Source: Saprolegnia diclina VS20 (taxonomy: Eukaryota). Taken from it: 20,000 bases of DNA. The position numbers and the translations under genes were made by a program. The stretch is from contig NW_008246077.1 of NCBI RefSeq assembly GCF_000281045.1, forward strand, positions 956,340 through 976,339. The letters run 5' to 3'. Shown piece after piece: positions 1 to 9,310 of this stretch. The notes below the pieces were generated by a model. That model saw only the letters and a list, made by a program, of their open reading frames with translations. It did not search any database and was not told where the DNA came from. Within the stretch, counting starts at the first letter, position 1. Each line of letters starts with the position of its first letter.

Positions 1-742
1 GCTCCTCGACGACGAGCTGCAGCGAAAAGATGAGCTGCGAAAGCAGAATGCACGCCATGCCGACGAGCTGGGTCCACTCGGCGTCGACGACGTTTTGGAA
101 CTGGACGCTGAGAATGTCGCGGGGACTCAGGACGCCGTGGCCGAGGACGCCCGCGATCGAGACGATCACCATGGACACGAGCATGAGTAGAATGCTCCAG
201 ATCTGGTAGCAGTGCAGTTTGAGGCCGAGACCGCGGACCGCAAAGCACGCGCTGAAGACGACAACGCACCCCGAGCTCATCTGGTACACGGACGCTGGGA
301 TCCACAAGAGCCCCATGAGCGACAACATCGTCTGGATAAGGTCCAGCGCCGCAGGAAGCACGAGCAGCGAGAGGGAAAACCACGACGGGCCATCGACCGA
401 CTGCTGCAGGAGCATGCGGCGCTCCTCGTACGTGCGCGGCTGGGGCATGTACTTGACACCGTACTGCTGACGCTTGAAGACGGGTGTCTCGAGGAAGAGC
501 GATTTCGTGTAGCGTTTGCGCACGACAAGGAAGACAAGGCTCATGCTCATGGCCGCTTTCATCTGGAGCACGCCAAACCACGGCTTGGCAAAGCGGCAGG
601 TCGTCGACGTCGTGCCATTGGCGTCAGTGCAGCTGTCGGTGCCCGGGACGATGAGGCTAAACTGCGCCTTCATGAGGACGGTCGCGAGGGCGCCGCCGGC
701 GAGCGCAGCGCTGAGGATCAACGCGGCTTTGCTCGTCGTCAT
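1..742 (-). CDS. SLC35F6: SLC35F6-like drug/metabolite (nucleotide-sugar transporter family) membrane protein, 5' part; continues off the left edge
   Basis: Not in the ORF track because there is no stop in the window. ATG at 742-740 gives MTTSKAALILSAALAGGALATVLMKAQFSL...CRFAKPWFGVLQMKAAMSMSL...LPAALDLIQTMLSLMGLLWIPASVYQMSSGCVVVFSA...LSQLIFSLQLVVEE. It has several hydrophobic helices and the F-x-KPWF, PAxxDL, ASxYQM and QxVxEE motifs typical of SLC35F6-like proteins. Confidence 0.88.
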   Translation of the reverse strand, partial: MTTSKAALILSAALAGGALATVLMKAQFSLIVPGTDSCTDANGTTSTTCRFAKPWFGVLQMKAAMSMSLVFLVVRKRYTKSLFLETPVFKRQQYGVKYMPQPRTYEERRMLLQQSVDGPSWFSLSLLVLPAALDLIQTMLSLMGLLWIPASVYQMSSGCVVVFSACFAVRGLGLKLHCYQIWSILLMLVSMVIVSIAGVLGHGVLSPRDILSVQFQNVVDAEWTQLVGMACILLSQLIFSLQLVVEE

Positions 743-954
743 GTCGAATCCAAAACTGAAAGATTGCAATGCAAAGCATTCCGCCGTTTCATTGGCCAAA
801 ATTCATGGGTTTCATAACGGCCGACCAATCCGCGGCCCCGATCTTGGCCGATCCGACAGGCCAGGGATGCAGCCGCCAAGCATAGAGGAAGCTGGCAGAG
901 GCCAAAGACAGAGATGACAAGCACACGCTGGTTAAGATTAGTGGCGACAGCGGT

Positions 955-2445
955 CTACGCCAGGCGCTTCCGAGCTTCGACGACGAGCGGGTGCTCAGCC
1001 ACAAAGCAGATCGTCCGGATGTCGACGCACGTGGCAAAGGCCGCGTCGGCCTCCGCGCGCTTGGCGGCGACCTCAGCATCGTCCTTCCACACGTGGTGCT
1101 TGAGACAGATGGCGAGAATGTCGCCAAGATCAAAGTAGCAGTTGCCCATCAAGAACGAGTATTGCGGCACGACCGAGGCAAGGCGTGCAATGACGTCCTT
1201 CCGGTTCGCGTATGCTGTCTCGATGTTGCCGATCTTGGTGTTGCAGTCGGCGAGAACCCGGAGCGCCTTGGTGAGGATATAGTGGCTCGGGTGCAAGAAG
1301 AGATCCGCGACATTCGTCGAGTGCACGTCGTAGTGCTCCCGGAGGTCGTCGAGGACGTCAGTGGTCTCCTTGTACTGGCGCTTGGCGTACGCAGCGTCGG
1401 CTCGCGCTAGAAGCGCCGCGGCTTCGACCTTGAACTGCTCGATCGCGTCGGCACTCACGCTGCGACCGCAGCCCTTGCACGCCCACGGCGTCGTCTTGTC
1501 CTCCAAAGACCCGACAAAGAGCCCGTCGACGCCGCAAGACGCACAGCACACGCCGTCGACGCGCAGGTCCACGGACGTGGCGAGCGGCTCGGTGCAGCGC
1601 GCGCAGCGGCAGTCAAAGTGCTTGGTGGCGGCGAGGTCGGCCTGCCGGACGTCGCGGCTGCGGTTCGTGTCAATGTACGTGAGCGAGATCTCTTCGCCGC
1701 AGGGAATGAACCGCGTCGCTTTGACCGCGATCGTCGAGTCGCCGGCGTTGGACCACGTGCAGTTGGGGTCGCACGCGTGGTTGACGAGGCCGGCAAGCGG
1801 AAACATGCAGACGGCTGTCACCATGGGCTGGCCTGTCCACGAGTCGACCGAGTACGAGTTTTCGTTGATGCGGCCCGCGAGCTCGACCACGTCGTCGACG
1901 GTGAGCGACGCCGTCACGGACGACGGCAGCGCCGCCAGTAGCATCGCGGCGCCGGACGCCACCGACGTGTTCCATGCGTCGCCGAGGAGATGCGTCGCAT
2001 GGACCATTTCGCGTACGTGCTCGAACGTCGTGGCAACGACATCACTGCTCGATGTAGGGCGCGCGGCTTCGGACGCGCGGGTGCAGAGCAGGCGCAGAAG
2101 GAGCCGGAGGAGGTCGCGGTCCGTGCCCGACTTTTTCACCATGATGTCAATGTCCTCGAGGACGGGGCACTCGAGGTCGTGCACATGCTGCAGCAGCGAC
2201 TGGCATGCGTCGCTGCAGTACGTGACTTCGGAGCAGTCGTCGCAGCAAATGTCCGGGTCCGCTGCCTTGTAGCAGACGTTGCAAATCGCGCCGTTGAACT
2301 CGGAGAGGACGACGCCTGCGTACGCCTTTTCGGAAAAGAGGATGGTGCCGGCGACAACACCTTCGGGCGACGCGACCACAAGCGACCGGCCCTTGTTCGG
2401 GTCCGTCACGAGGCGCAGGCGGGGAACGCTGCTCACGACCGACAT
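955..2445 (-). CDS. SMYD-family SET and MYND domain lysine methyltransferase (496 aa, intronless)
   Basis: N-SET KGRSLV; MYND finger CNVC...CDDC...YCSDACQ...HDLEC; SET motifs NHACDPN and GEEISLTY; post-SET FDCRCARC; a further CxxC...CxxC pair; helical TPR-like C-terminus ending in EHP. Confidence 0.93.
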   Translation of the reverse strand: MSVVSSVPRLRLVTDPNKGRSLVVASPEGVVAGTILFSEKAYAGVVLSEFNGAICNVCYKAADPDICCDDCSEVTYCSDACQSLLQHVHDLECPVLEDIDIMVKKSGTDRDLLRLLLRLLCTRASEAARPTSSSDVVATTFEHVREMVHATHLLGDAWNTSVASGAAMLLAALPSSVTASLTVDDVVELAGRINENSYSVDSWTGQPMVTAVCMFPLAGLVNHACDPNCTWSNAGDSTIAVKATRFIPCGEEISLTYIDTNRSRDVRQADLAATKHFDCRCARCTEPLATSVDLRVDGVCCASCGVDGLFVGSLEDKTTPWACKGCGRSVSADAIEQFKVEAAALLARADAAYAKRQYKETTDVLDDLREHYDVHSTNVADLFLHPSHYILTKALRVLADCNTKIGNIETAYANRKDVIARLASVVPQYSFLMGNCYFDLGDILAICLKHHVWKDDAEVAAKRAEADAAFATCVDIRTICFVAEHPLVVEARKRLA

Positions 2446-3271
2446 GCTCTAGCGAAATGACCAATACTTTTGCGCGGGACCAACGTTATCCGGATGTCTT
2501 TTTTCCTGGCCAGCATCGTGGATACATCACCTCGCGTATACGTCGCAGGCCATGATGATGGATCGCGCTGGGTGGACGAGACGCACGGGTGAGGCCTCTT
2601 GCCGTCAGTCTTTGTCACTGCTTTCAAGAGACCTCCGGATCGCGATTTTTTCGATAGGAAATGTATAGCACCAATGTATGACCGTGTTTCGCGTTATCTT
2701 CATTATTACACAAAGACTTCGCATACGTAGAGACTAGCAATCTCCTTCTTCTTCATTCGCTCGCCGGGCCGTGGCTGCGCAGGCGGCGGCGCGGGGGCTC
2801 GTCTGGCTCTTCTGTCGTCGCCCTACGACGCTCATGGCCGCGGGTGAGGCACTGGACGACACATAGAGCACTAACTTGGCCTAACGTCGCACTGGCACGT
2901 GTGTACCATGTGTGTGTCGTGTGTACTAGTAGTAACTATTACTAGTACATGCGAACGGCGCTGGCCAACAAGCTGCACATAGCTTAGCGCGCCGAGCTTG
3001 GCGTGCGATCCTTGTCGTTACGATGGCAAAAGCGCAGGACGAGCTTGACCCAAGTCGCGCGGCAGATTGCACGTGGTGGCTGCAGACAGGTTCACGGCCG
3101 GGCGGCGCACACCGCACGAGGCAAGAAGAGACCCTTTGACGGCATTGCCTGCCAAGAGAGAGTCCATCGCATCGTATCCGGACGAGTTGAAGTTGCCACC
3201 TTGCCCTTTTGTCGCCGTAACCGGCATCGAATTCGAATCCAGTGGCTACTTGTCATATCCACATTGGTACG

Positions 3272-4623
3272 ATGCACCCGACACCGCAGGCGATTGCCGT
3301 CGTGACGCTTCTCACGGGCGCGCTCAACACGATCCTCATGAAGATGCAGTTCTCCGTGGTATCGCTCGGGTCCGAGTCGTGCGCCACGACGAGTACGACT
3401 GGCCATGCCACGTCGACGCTGCTCTGCGCCTTCAACAAGCCGTGGTTTGGCGTGCTGCAAGTCAAGCTTGGCATGACTCTCTGTCTTGTCTACCTCTTTG
3501 CGCGCAAGAAGCTGCTGCACCGGTCGTTCCTCGAGACGCCGGTGCACGCCGCGAGCATGACAATGTACGACGCCCTGCGCGCCCCCGAGACGCCCACGTG
3601 CACAACGCTGGTGGCGACGATCATTCCGGCCGCGCTGGACCTCGTGCAGAGCGTCTTTTCGTTCATTGGGTTGCTCTGGATCCCGGCGTCGATCTACCAA
3701 ATGAGCGGCGGCTCGATGCTCATCTTTAGCGCATTCCTCTCGGTCAAGTTCCTCCACGTTCGCCTCTTCACATACCATTACGTGAGCATTGCGCTCGTGG
3801 CCTTCGCGCTCGTTTGCGTCTCGGCCGCGAGCTACGCGCAGAGCCCGTCGATGCACTCGGCCGCCGACGATGGCGCCAACATGGCCATCGGTCTCTTCTT
3901 CATCCTCCTCTCGCGCTTCCTCTACTCGGTCAACATTGCGATCGAAGAGTACTTTATGACGACATTGCATGTGAGCCCAGTGCTGCAAGCCGGCATGGAA
4001 GGCATTTGGGGCCTCGTCCTCTTCGTGCCGCTCGTTCCGTGTCTGAGCTACACGGCCCCCGGCTCGTCAGCGCTTTCCACGATCTGGCACGAAGACTTTG
4101 GCGATACGTGGATCAAGCTACGCCACTCGCCGTCGCTGGTCGTCCTCGTCGTCCTGTACGTTCTCTGCGTCGCAACCTACAACGTAGGATCTTCCCATGC
4201 GATTTGGGAGGAGAGAACGAGTATCGGTAGGTGGCGGCCAACTGGGTCACCAAGCACATGAGCTCGATCGTCCGGAGCATGATCGAGGTACGTGGCAGCG
4301 CCGATATGCAGCTTCTCGAGAGAGGCCTGTAGAATGGACGCACACTTGGCGTGTGGCTTCTGGGTCTGGGTCTCTACTACGTGGCGAACGAACCGAGCAT
4401 GGGCGAGTCGTGGACATCGTGGAGCTGGTCTGCACCACAGCTGGCAATGATTCGAGTTGACACCTTGTAGGCTGGAGCTTTTGGGATTTGGCTTGCTCGT
4501 GTACGCGACGCTGGCGGTATGTTCTTGCCTTGTACGGATCTCATGCGTGTACTATAGTACAAGCAAGTTGTGCGGTACCCGTGCCAGTCGGTCTACCGCG
4601 ACGGCTTTATCCCGATCCACTGA
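3272..4623 (+). CDS. SLC35F6: SLC35F6-like DMT transporter, 5 exons: 3272-4183, 4231-4287, 4333-4427, 4471-4516, 4558-4623
   Basis: MHPTPQAIAVV...FNKPWFGVLQ...PAALDL...PASIYQM...IEEYFM...GMEGIWG. Removing four GT-AG introns (47, 45, 43, 41 nt) restores VAANWVTKHMSSIVRSMIE-NGRTLGVW...GESWTSWSWLELLGFGLLVYATLAYKQVVRYPC...IH*, which matches the SLC35F6 C-terminal pattern. Confidence 0.9.
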
Positions 4624-4758
4624 CGACGCAATACTGAATAGTAGGACGAGTAAGGTTAGTACAACGTGTCTTCGAGTTTAGTCGTACTTGTAGTTAGTCG
4701 AGGGCCAACCGCATCGAATTAGGTAGAAAGTGCAAAGTCGCTGGGATCTTGAGAGGGC

Positions 4759-7700
4759 ATGGAACGGCGCCGGCGGCAGGAGACGCCACGCTCGCCGAGC
4801 TCGTCTGTGGCGACGTCCGAGGGGCTTCAGGAGCGAGAGGCCCTCGTGCACGAGCTCACAGGTGCGTTCGCTCTGCAAAGATACGCAGACGCACGCCATC
4901 GTTTAGAGCTGGTCGAGAAGGAGGCGTTGCGCGACGCCCTCGCCGCCTGCGAGTCGCCGATGACCGACAGTCTCGAGAGCGCAAGCGACGCTGACGATAC
5001 CTCGGAGGACGTCGAGGTGCCGTACGCACCGCAGCCCAAGAAGCTTTTGCCGACGCCGGCGACCCCGATTCTCGTACCTCGCATATAACTCTTGCGTCCT
5101 AACGTGCCGGTAGAACCATTGGAATCAATTCCAGACCGCGAATGACTTGAGCTGCGTTCGGTCGGACGCGTTGTACTGCAGGTGGCTGGCTCATAGGACG
5201 GGGCGTAGGGACCTCGTGCACGTGTGCATCGCGCGCCAGCGTCTCCGGAACCACGACCTCGCTCTCTTCTGCCATAATCTCTCGGGGTTTGTCGCGATGC
5301 GCACCCTGGATGCGAGCCACAACCAGCTGGACGACGGCGCGTGCAACGAGCTGCGTACCTCACTCGCTTCTGCTTTACCAATGTACAAAAAAGCTACGTA
5401 GGTGCACTGCTAAACTCGAAGCGACCGCGGCTGCTCGGGCTCAACCTAGCTTGCAACCTCCTTGGCGACCACGCGTTTCAACTCGTGTGCGAACGCCTTA
5501 GCACCAACGTGTCCCTCGTGTGGCTCAACGTGCTCGGCAACCCCTTCACGTACTCGGCCACGTCGATCCCTTTGTTGCGCGACGGTCGCCACGGAGGATG
5601 CCTATCGTCTTCTCTCAACAGTTGCTCGTTGTAGCCCTCTACATGAACGAAGTCCTCGAGTCGCTCGCCATCAGCTTGGGCGACTTTGAGAACCCGGCGA
5701 CTTCACCAGCTACGGTGGCCCAGCGACGCAAGCCCCGCTTGGCAAAGAACTTTGTGCGTGGCCTCGGCTTCCACTCCAAGCATTTACGCGACGCACAGTT
5801 TGGCCCCAAGCCAATGCTCAAGCAACTGTCGCTCACCGCCTTGTCGCTCGCAAACGCCGAACTCTCGACCGTGTTGGTCTTGATCGCCCGTCACCTTTCA
5901 TACCTTACAATCATTGTAGGACGGTCTCGGAGCTCATGGGTGTCTTGTGCCAGCAGACGCAGCTCACAGCCCTCGACCTTTCCTACTGCTTTGTTGGTAT
6001 CGCCGGCGCCCGCGTATGCACCTCTCGTTCTCAAAGCCGTCCATAAGATGGATGCTAGATCCTCGCCCATGCTATCGACACGCAGGCAGCGTTCCCGCTG
6101 CTGAAGCTGCAGCTCAAGTGCAATCACATTGGCAGCGCCGGCGCCCTTGCACTGGTCGACGCCCTGCAGGTACGACGTAGCCGCAATCGACCGCGTCGCA
6201 TGCCGTGTATCTAGTCCAACACAACACTGACGGCGCTCGGCTTGGACAAGAACGAAATCTCGAACGAGGGTATCGTCGCTTTGGCCGAGTACCTCCCACG
6301 ACTGCCCGTACGATGACCAGCAGCATATCAGATCTGAGTGCATTTAGTGCTTGACGCGGCTAAGTCTTGCGCAGAACCACTGCCAGGCGTCGGGATTGGC
6401 GGCGCTCACGCATGCGCTGGCAGCGTCACCGCAGCTCACTGACCTCGGCGCCATGGCTCGGTCATACTCGTGCACCAATCGAACGACCGTATAACGAGGT
6501 CAGTAGGCTGTGCGAGGGCCGCGTCGACGAGCGGATGCGGGCACTGGCGACCGCTCTCGCCACCAACGGCCACGCCATGCTCTGTGATGCGACCCACATT
6601 GTACACGCATCGTCCACGTCTTCCGACGTCAAGCTCCTCGATGTACGACCGACAACATCCACGACACGCTCCTATGGTCGTCTTGTAGGTTAATACGTGG
6701 ACGATTGTGGCGCAATTTGACGTTCACCGAGACGCGCGTCTGAGTTTAACGTGGCGCTGCAGAGCGTCTCTCATCGCCAAGACGACGCATGCGGCCACGT
6801 TGATGGACCACATCGCGTGGCAAGTCCTCCATCAGCGGTGACCGATGTCGCGTCATGGACCTCATGTCGACGCACGCGGTGTAGCTCGTGTGACGCGCGC
6901 GACGTCGAGCCCGAAGTGCTCGTCGATGGCCGCGCACCGTGGTCCACCCGTGAGCATCGACAGCAAAAGGAGCGGTCACCATGACCATTCTTAGACCTCG
7001 AGCACGCGGTCAGCGCCGTTGTGCTGGCCGGCGACCGCGTTTGCATCCAGTACCTTCTTGTTGCGCGGGATCCGTCTCTGCGTGTGGAGCTCTGTCTCGA
7101 TGGAATGCACGAAGCGCACCATCATGTACGTACAACCAAAAGAAGACGTCAACTTGAAGCAGCCAAGTACAGGTGGACGCTCGCCACCTGTACTACAAGG
7201 CCCTCGCGCCGCAGCGTGTGCCATGGCACCCGATCGCATACTGCCACCAGGCCGACTTCTACCATCTCAAGGAAGCACGTCTCGCCAACATTTACATGTC
7301 GGAAGACGGCGCCTTTCGACTCGTGTGGGCGCTGCACCTCACCGCCTCCAAGGTGTGCGCTCGAGGCTCAATTGCCAGCGCATATTGTTGTACGTAGATC
7401 TCGGTGCTCGACGTCTTCTCGCCCGACTGCTTCAAGCTGCACCTGCGCCGGGCCAAGAGCTGGTCCCCATCGATCGTTACGATCGCAGAGGTAGTTTGCT
7501 CGCTTTGTAAAAGATGACCACGCGGGGTTAGGGTGGCATTAGTGACTTCAATGGCGTCTTTCGCAAGCCCCATAGCTTTGTGTGCTCGATCGCGACGCGC
7601 GGGTGGGCGACCGGCGACATCCTTCGCCTCTCGCTCTCGGCGTCGGACGACTGCGAGCTCGACGTGGCCGACCTGCGCGTGGTGTACGAGGTAGTAGTAC

Positions 7701-7814
7701 TGCACCGACAACAACCAGTGTTGGGACGCGATGCGATAGGTGCAGCGGTACGACGCGCCGACCCCACCGTATGCGCAGCTCGCATTGCAAGTGCACGATG
7801 TGCTCTTTGACTAG
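4759..7814 (+). CDS. Multi-exon leucine-rich repeat protein (ribonuclease-inhibitor/NLRC3-like LRRs) with an unassigned C-terminal region
   Basis: ATG 4759. Introns include 5074-5113, 5161-5208 and 7691-7739. Exons give LRR units MRTLDASHNQLDD, LLGLNLACNLLGD, LVWLNVLGNPF, LTALDLSYCFVG, LLKLQLKCNHIGSAGA and LTALGLDKNEISNEG. The last exon, 7740-7814, ends HDVLFD*. Exon boundaries between about 6300 and 7500 are not fully resolved, and this could be two genes. Confidence 0.7.
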
Positions 7815-7949
7815 CAGTATATGTCATAAAGGAGGCGTGTCCCGGGAATTGAAGTCGCTGACTTGGAGGCCAAGAGTGGTGCTCGAGTGGCCAAAGAATG
7901 TCCGAAAATCACACAAGAAAATGTGGGATTGAGAGGTAGGGATGCAGAT

Positions 7950-8759
7950 TTACTTGACGTTCTTGAAGAACTTTTGCGCGTCGTTGGGGTTGGCCTGGAT
8001 CGTGGCCTGGCCGGGCTGCCAGTTGGCCGGGCACACCTCGCCGTGTTCTTCGTTGAACTGGAAGGCCTTGACAAGGCGGAGGACTTCGTCGACCGAGCGA
8101 CCGACCGGGAGGTTGTTGATCGTGATGTTCTGGACGACACCTTCACGGTCAATGACGTACAGGCCGCGGAACGCAATGCCGTCGTCTTCCTTGAGGCAGC
8201 CGTACTTGGCAGCGATCGACTTGGTCAAGTCCGACACCATCGGGATCTTCATCTTGCCGAGGCCGCCGACGTTGCGCGGGAGGCGCGTCCACGCCAAGTG
8301 CACTTCGGGCGAGTCGATCGACGCGCAGATGAGCTGCGTGTCGAGCGCCTCAAATTCGGCGGCGCGGTCGTTGAACGCAATGATTTCGGTCGGGCACACG
8401 TACGTAAAGTCCTTGGGGTAGAAGAAGAGCACGACGTACTTGCCGCGGTAGCTCTCGAGCGAGAGCTCGTCAATGTCGCCGCGGATGACCGCCGGCGCCG
8501 TGAACGAGGGCGCGACCTGGCCCACGAAGGCCTTCTGGGCGGGGTACTTGACCTTATCGTCCTCGTCTTCGTCGTCGCCAAAGTCAAAGCCGTTGTAGTC
8601 AAACTCTTCCTCATCGTCCGCGGCAAAGTTGGCAAAGCCACGCACGTTCATCATGCTCGGGACGAAGGACGTCGCACGGGCCGGGAGGGCGCGGGCGGCG
8701 ATGGGGCGGCGAAGCTGGTGGCGGGCGGCGCGGAGCACGGTCGAGCGGAGGTGCTGCAT
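7950..8759 (-). CDS. PRDX3: Typical 2-Cys peroxiredoxin (AhpC/Prx1 subfamily), probably mitochondrial
   Basis: Peroxidatic motif FYPKDFTYVCPTE, GGLG, GRSVDEVLR and resolving motif GEVCPANW. The likely start MQHLRSTVLRAARHQLRR (8759) is Arg-rich and lacks acidic residues, like a mitochondrial presequence. An upstream in-frame ATG at 8831 is less likely. Confidence 0.95.
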   Translation of the reverse strand: MQHLRSTVLRAARHQLRRPIAARALPARATSFVPSMMNVRGFANFAADDEEEFDYNGFDFGDDEDEDDKVKYPAQKAFVGQVAPSFTAPAVIRGDIDELSLESYRGKYVVLFFYPKDFTYVCPTEIIAFNDRAAEFEALDTQLICASIDSPEVHLAWTRLPRNVGGLGKMKIPMVSDLTKSIAAKYGCLKEDDGIAFRGLYVIDREGVVQNITINNLPVGRSVDEVLRLVKAFQFNEEHGEVCPANWQPGQATIQANPNDAQKFFKNVK

Positions 8760-9310
8760 GATTCTTCGGGAGACGACGGGAAGATTTTCAAAGTGGCTGC
8801 CCAGCGGACCACAGATCGTTGCATCCGGCATCCGTATCCGGATAACAGAACTTCAACAAGCAGCAAGCGTGGGCGCGCCATGGCGACGTCGGAGTGCGCT
8901 TGTTGCTCGAGGTTGTCCGCCGCTTCATCGGGCCCAAGGCGTCGATGCTGGTGTCGGCTGCCGAATCATTCCCTATGGGCTGTGTGGCATTTCCAGCTTA
9001 AGTAGCTGGCCAATCATGCGTCATGCGGGGTGAACCCAAGATTCGACGTCAGCCTTCCATGCGAATCTCGTGGTGTGGCAGGTCGCTGCATGGCACGCAG
9101 AGGTTGGGAGGGTATCATAGTGGTTCACTTCAAGCATATCAGCACTGGTCTGCCACCAGGTAGAGCAGGATCGAACCGCGAGCGACCTCAGTTTCAGGCA
9201 AAGCTTGACGGAGTGGCGGCGCGCCGAGAGACGAATGGCAACCTCGCAGCGCAACATGTGATTTCAATTTCACATCTCAACAGGATACCAGAGGCTATGC
9301 AATAAGAAAT

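Noticed and set aside
212..817. 201-aa + strand ORF
   Set aside because: In-register antisense shadow of the minus-strand SLC35F6-like gene; no motifs.
7863..9005. 380-aa + strand ORF
   Set aside because: Antisense shadow of the peroxiredoxin, caused by GC3-rich codon usage.
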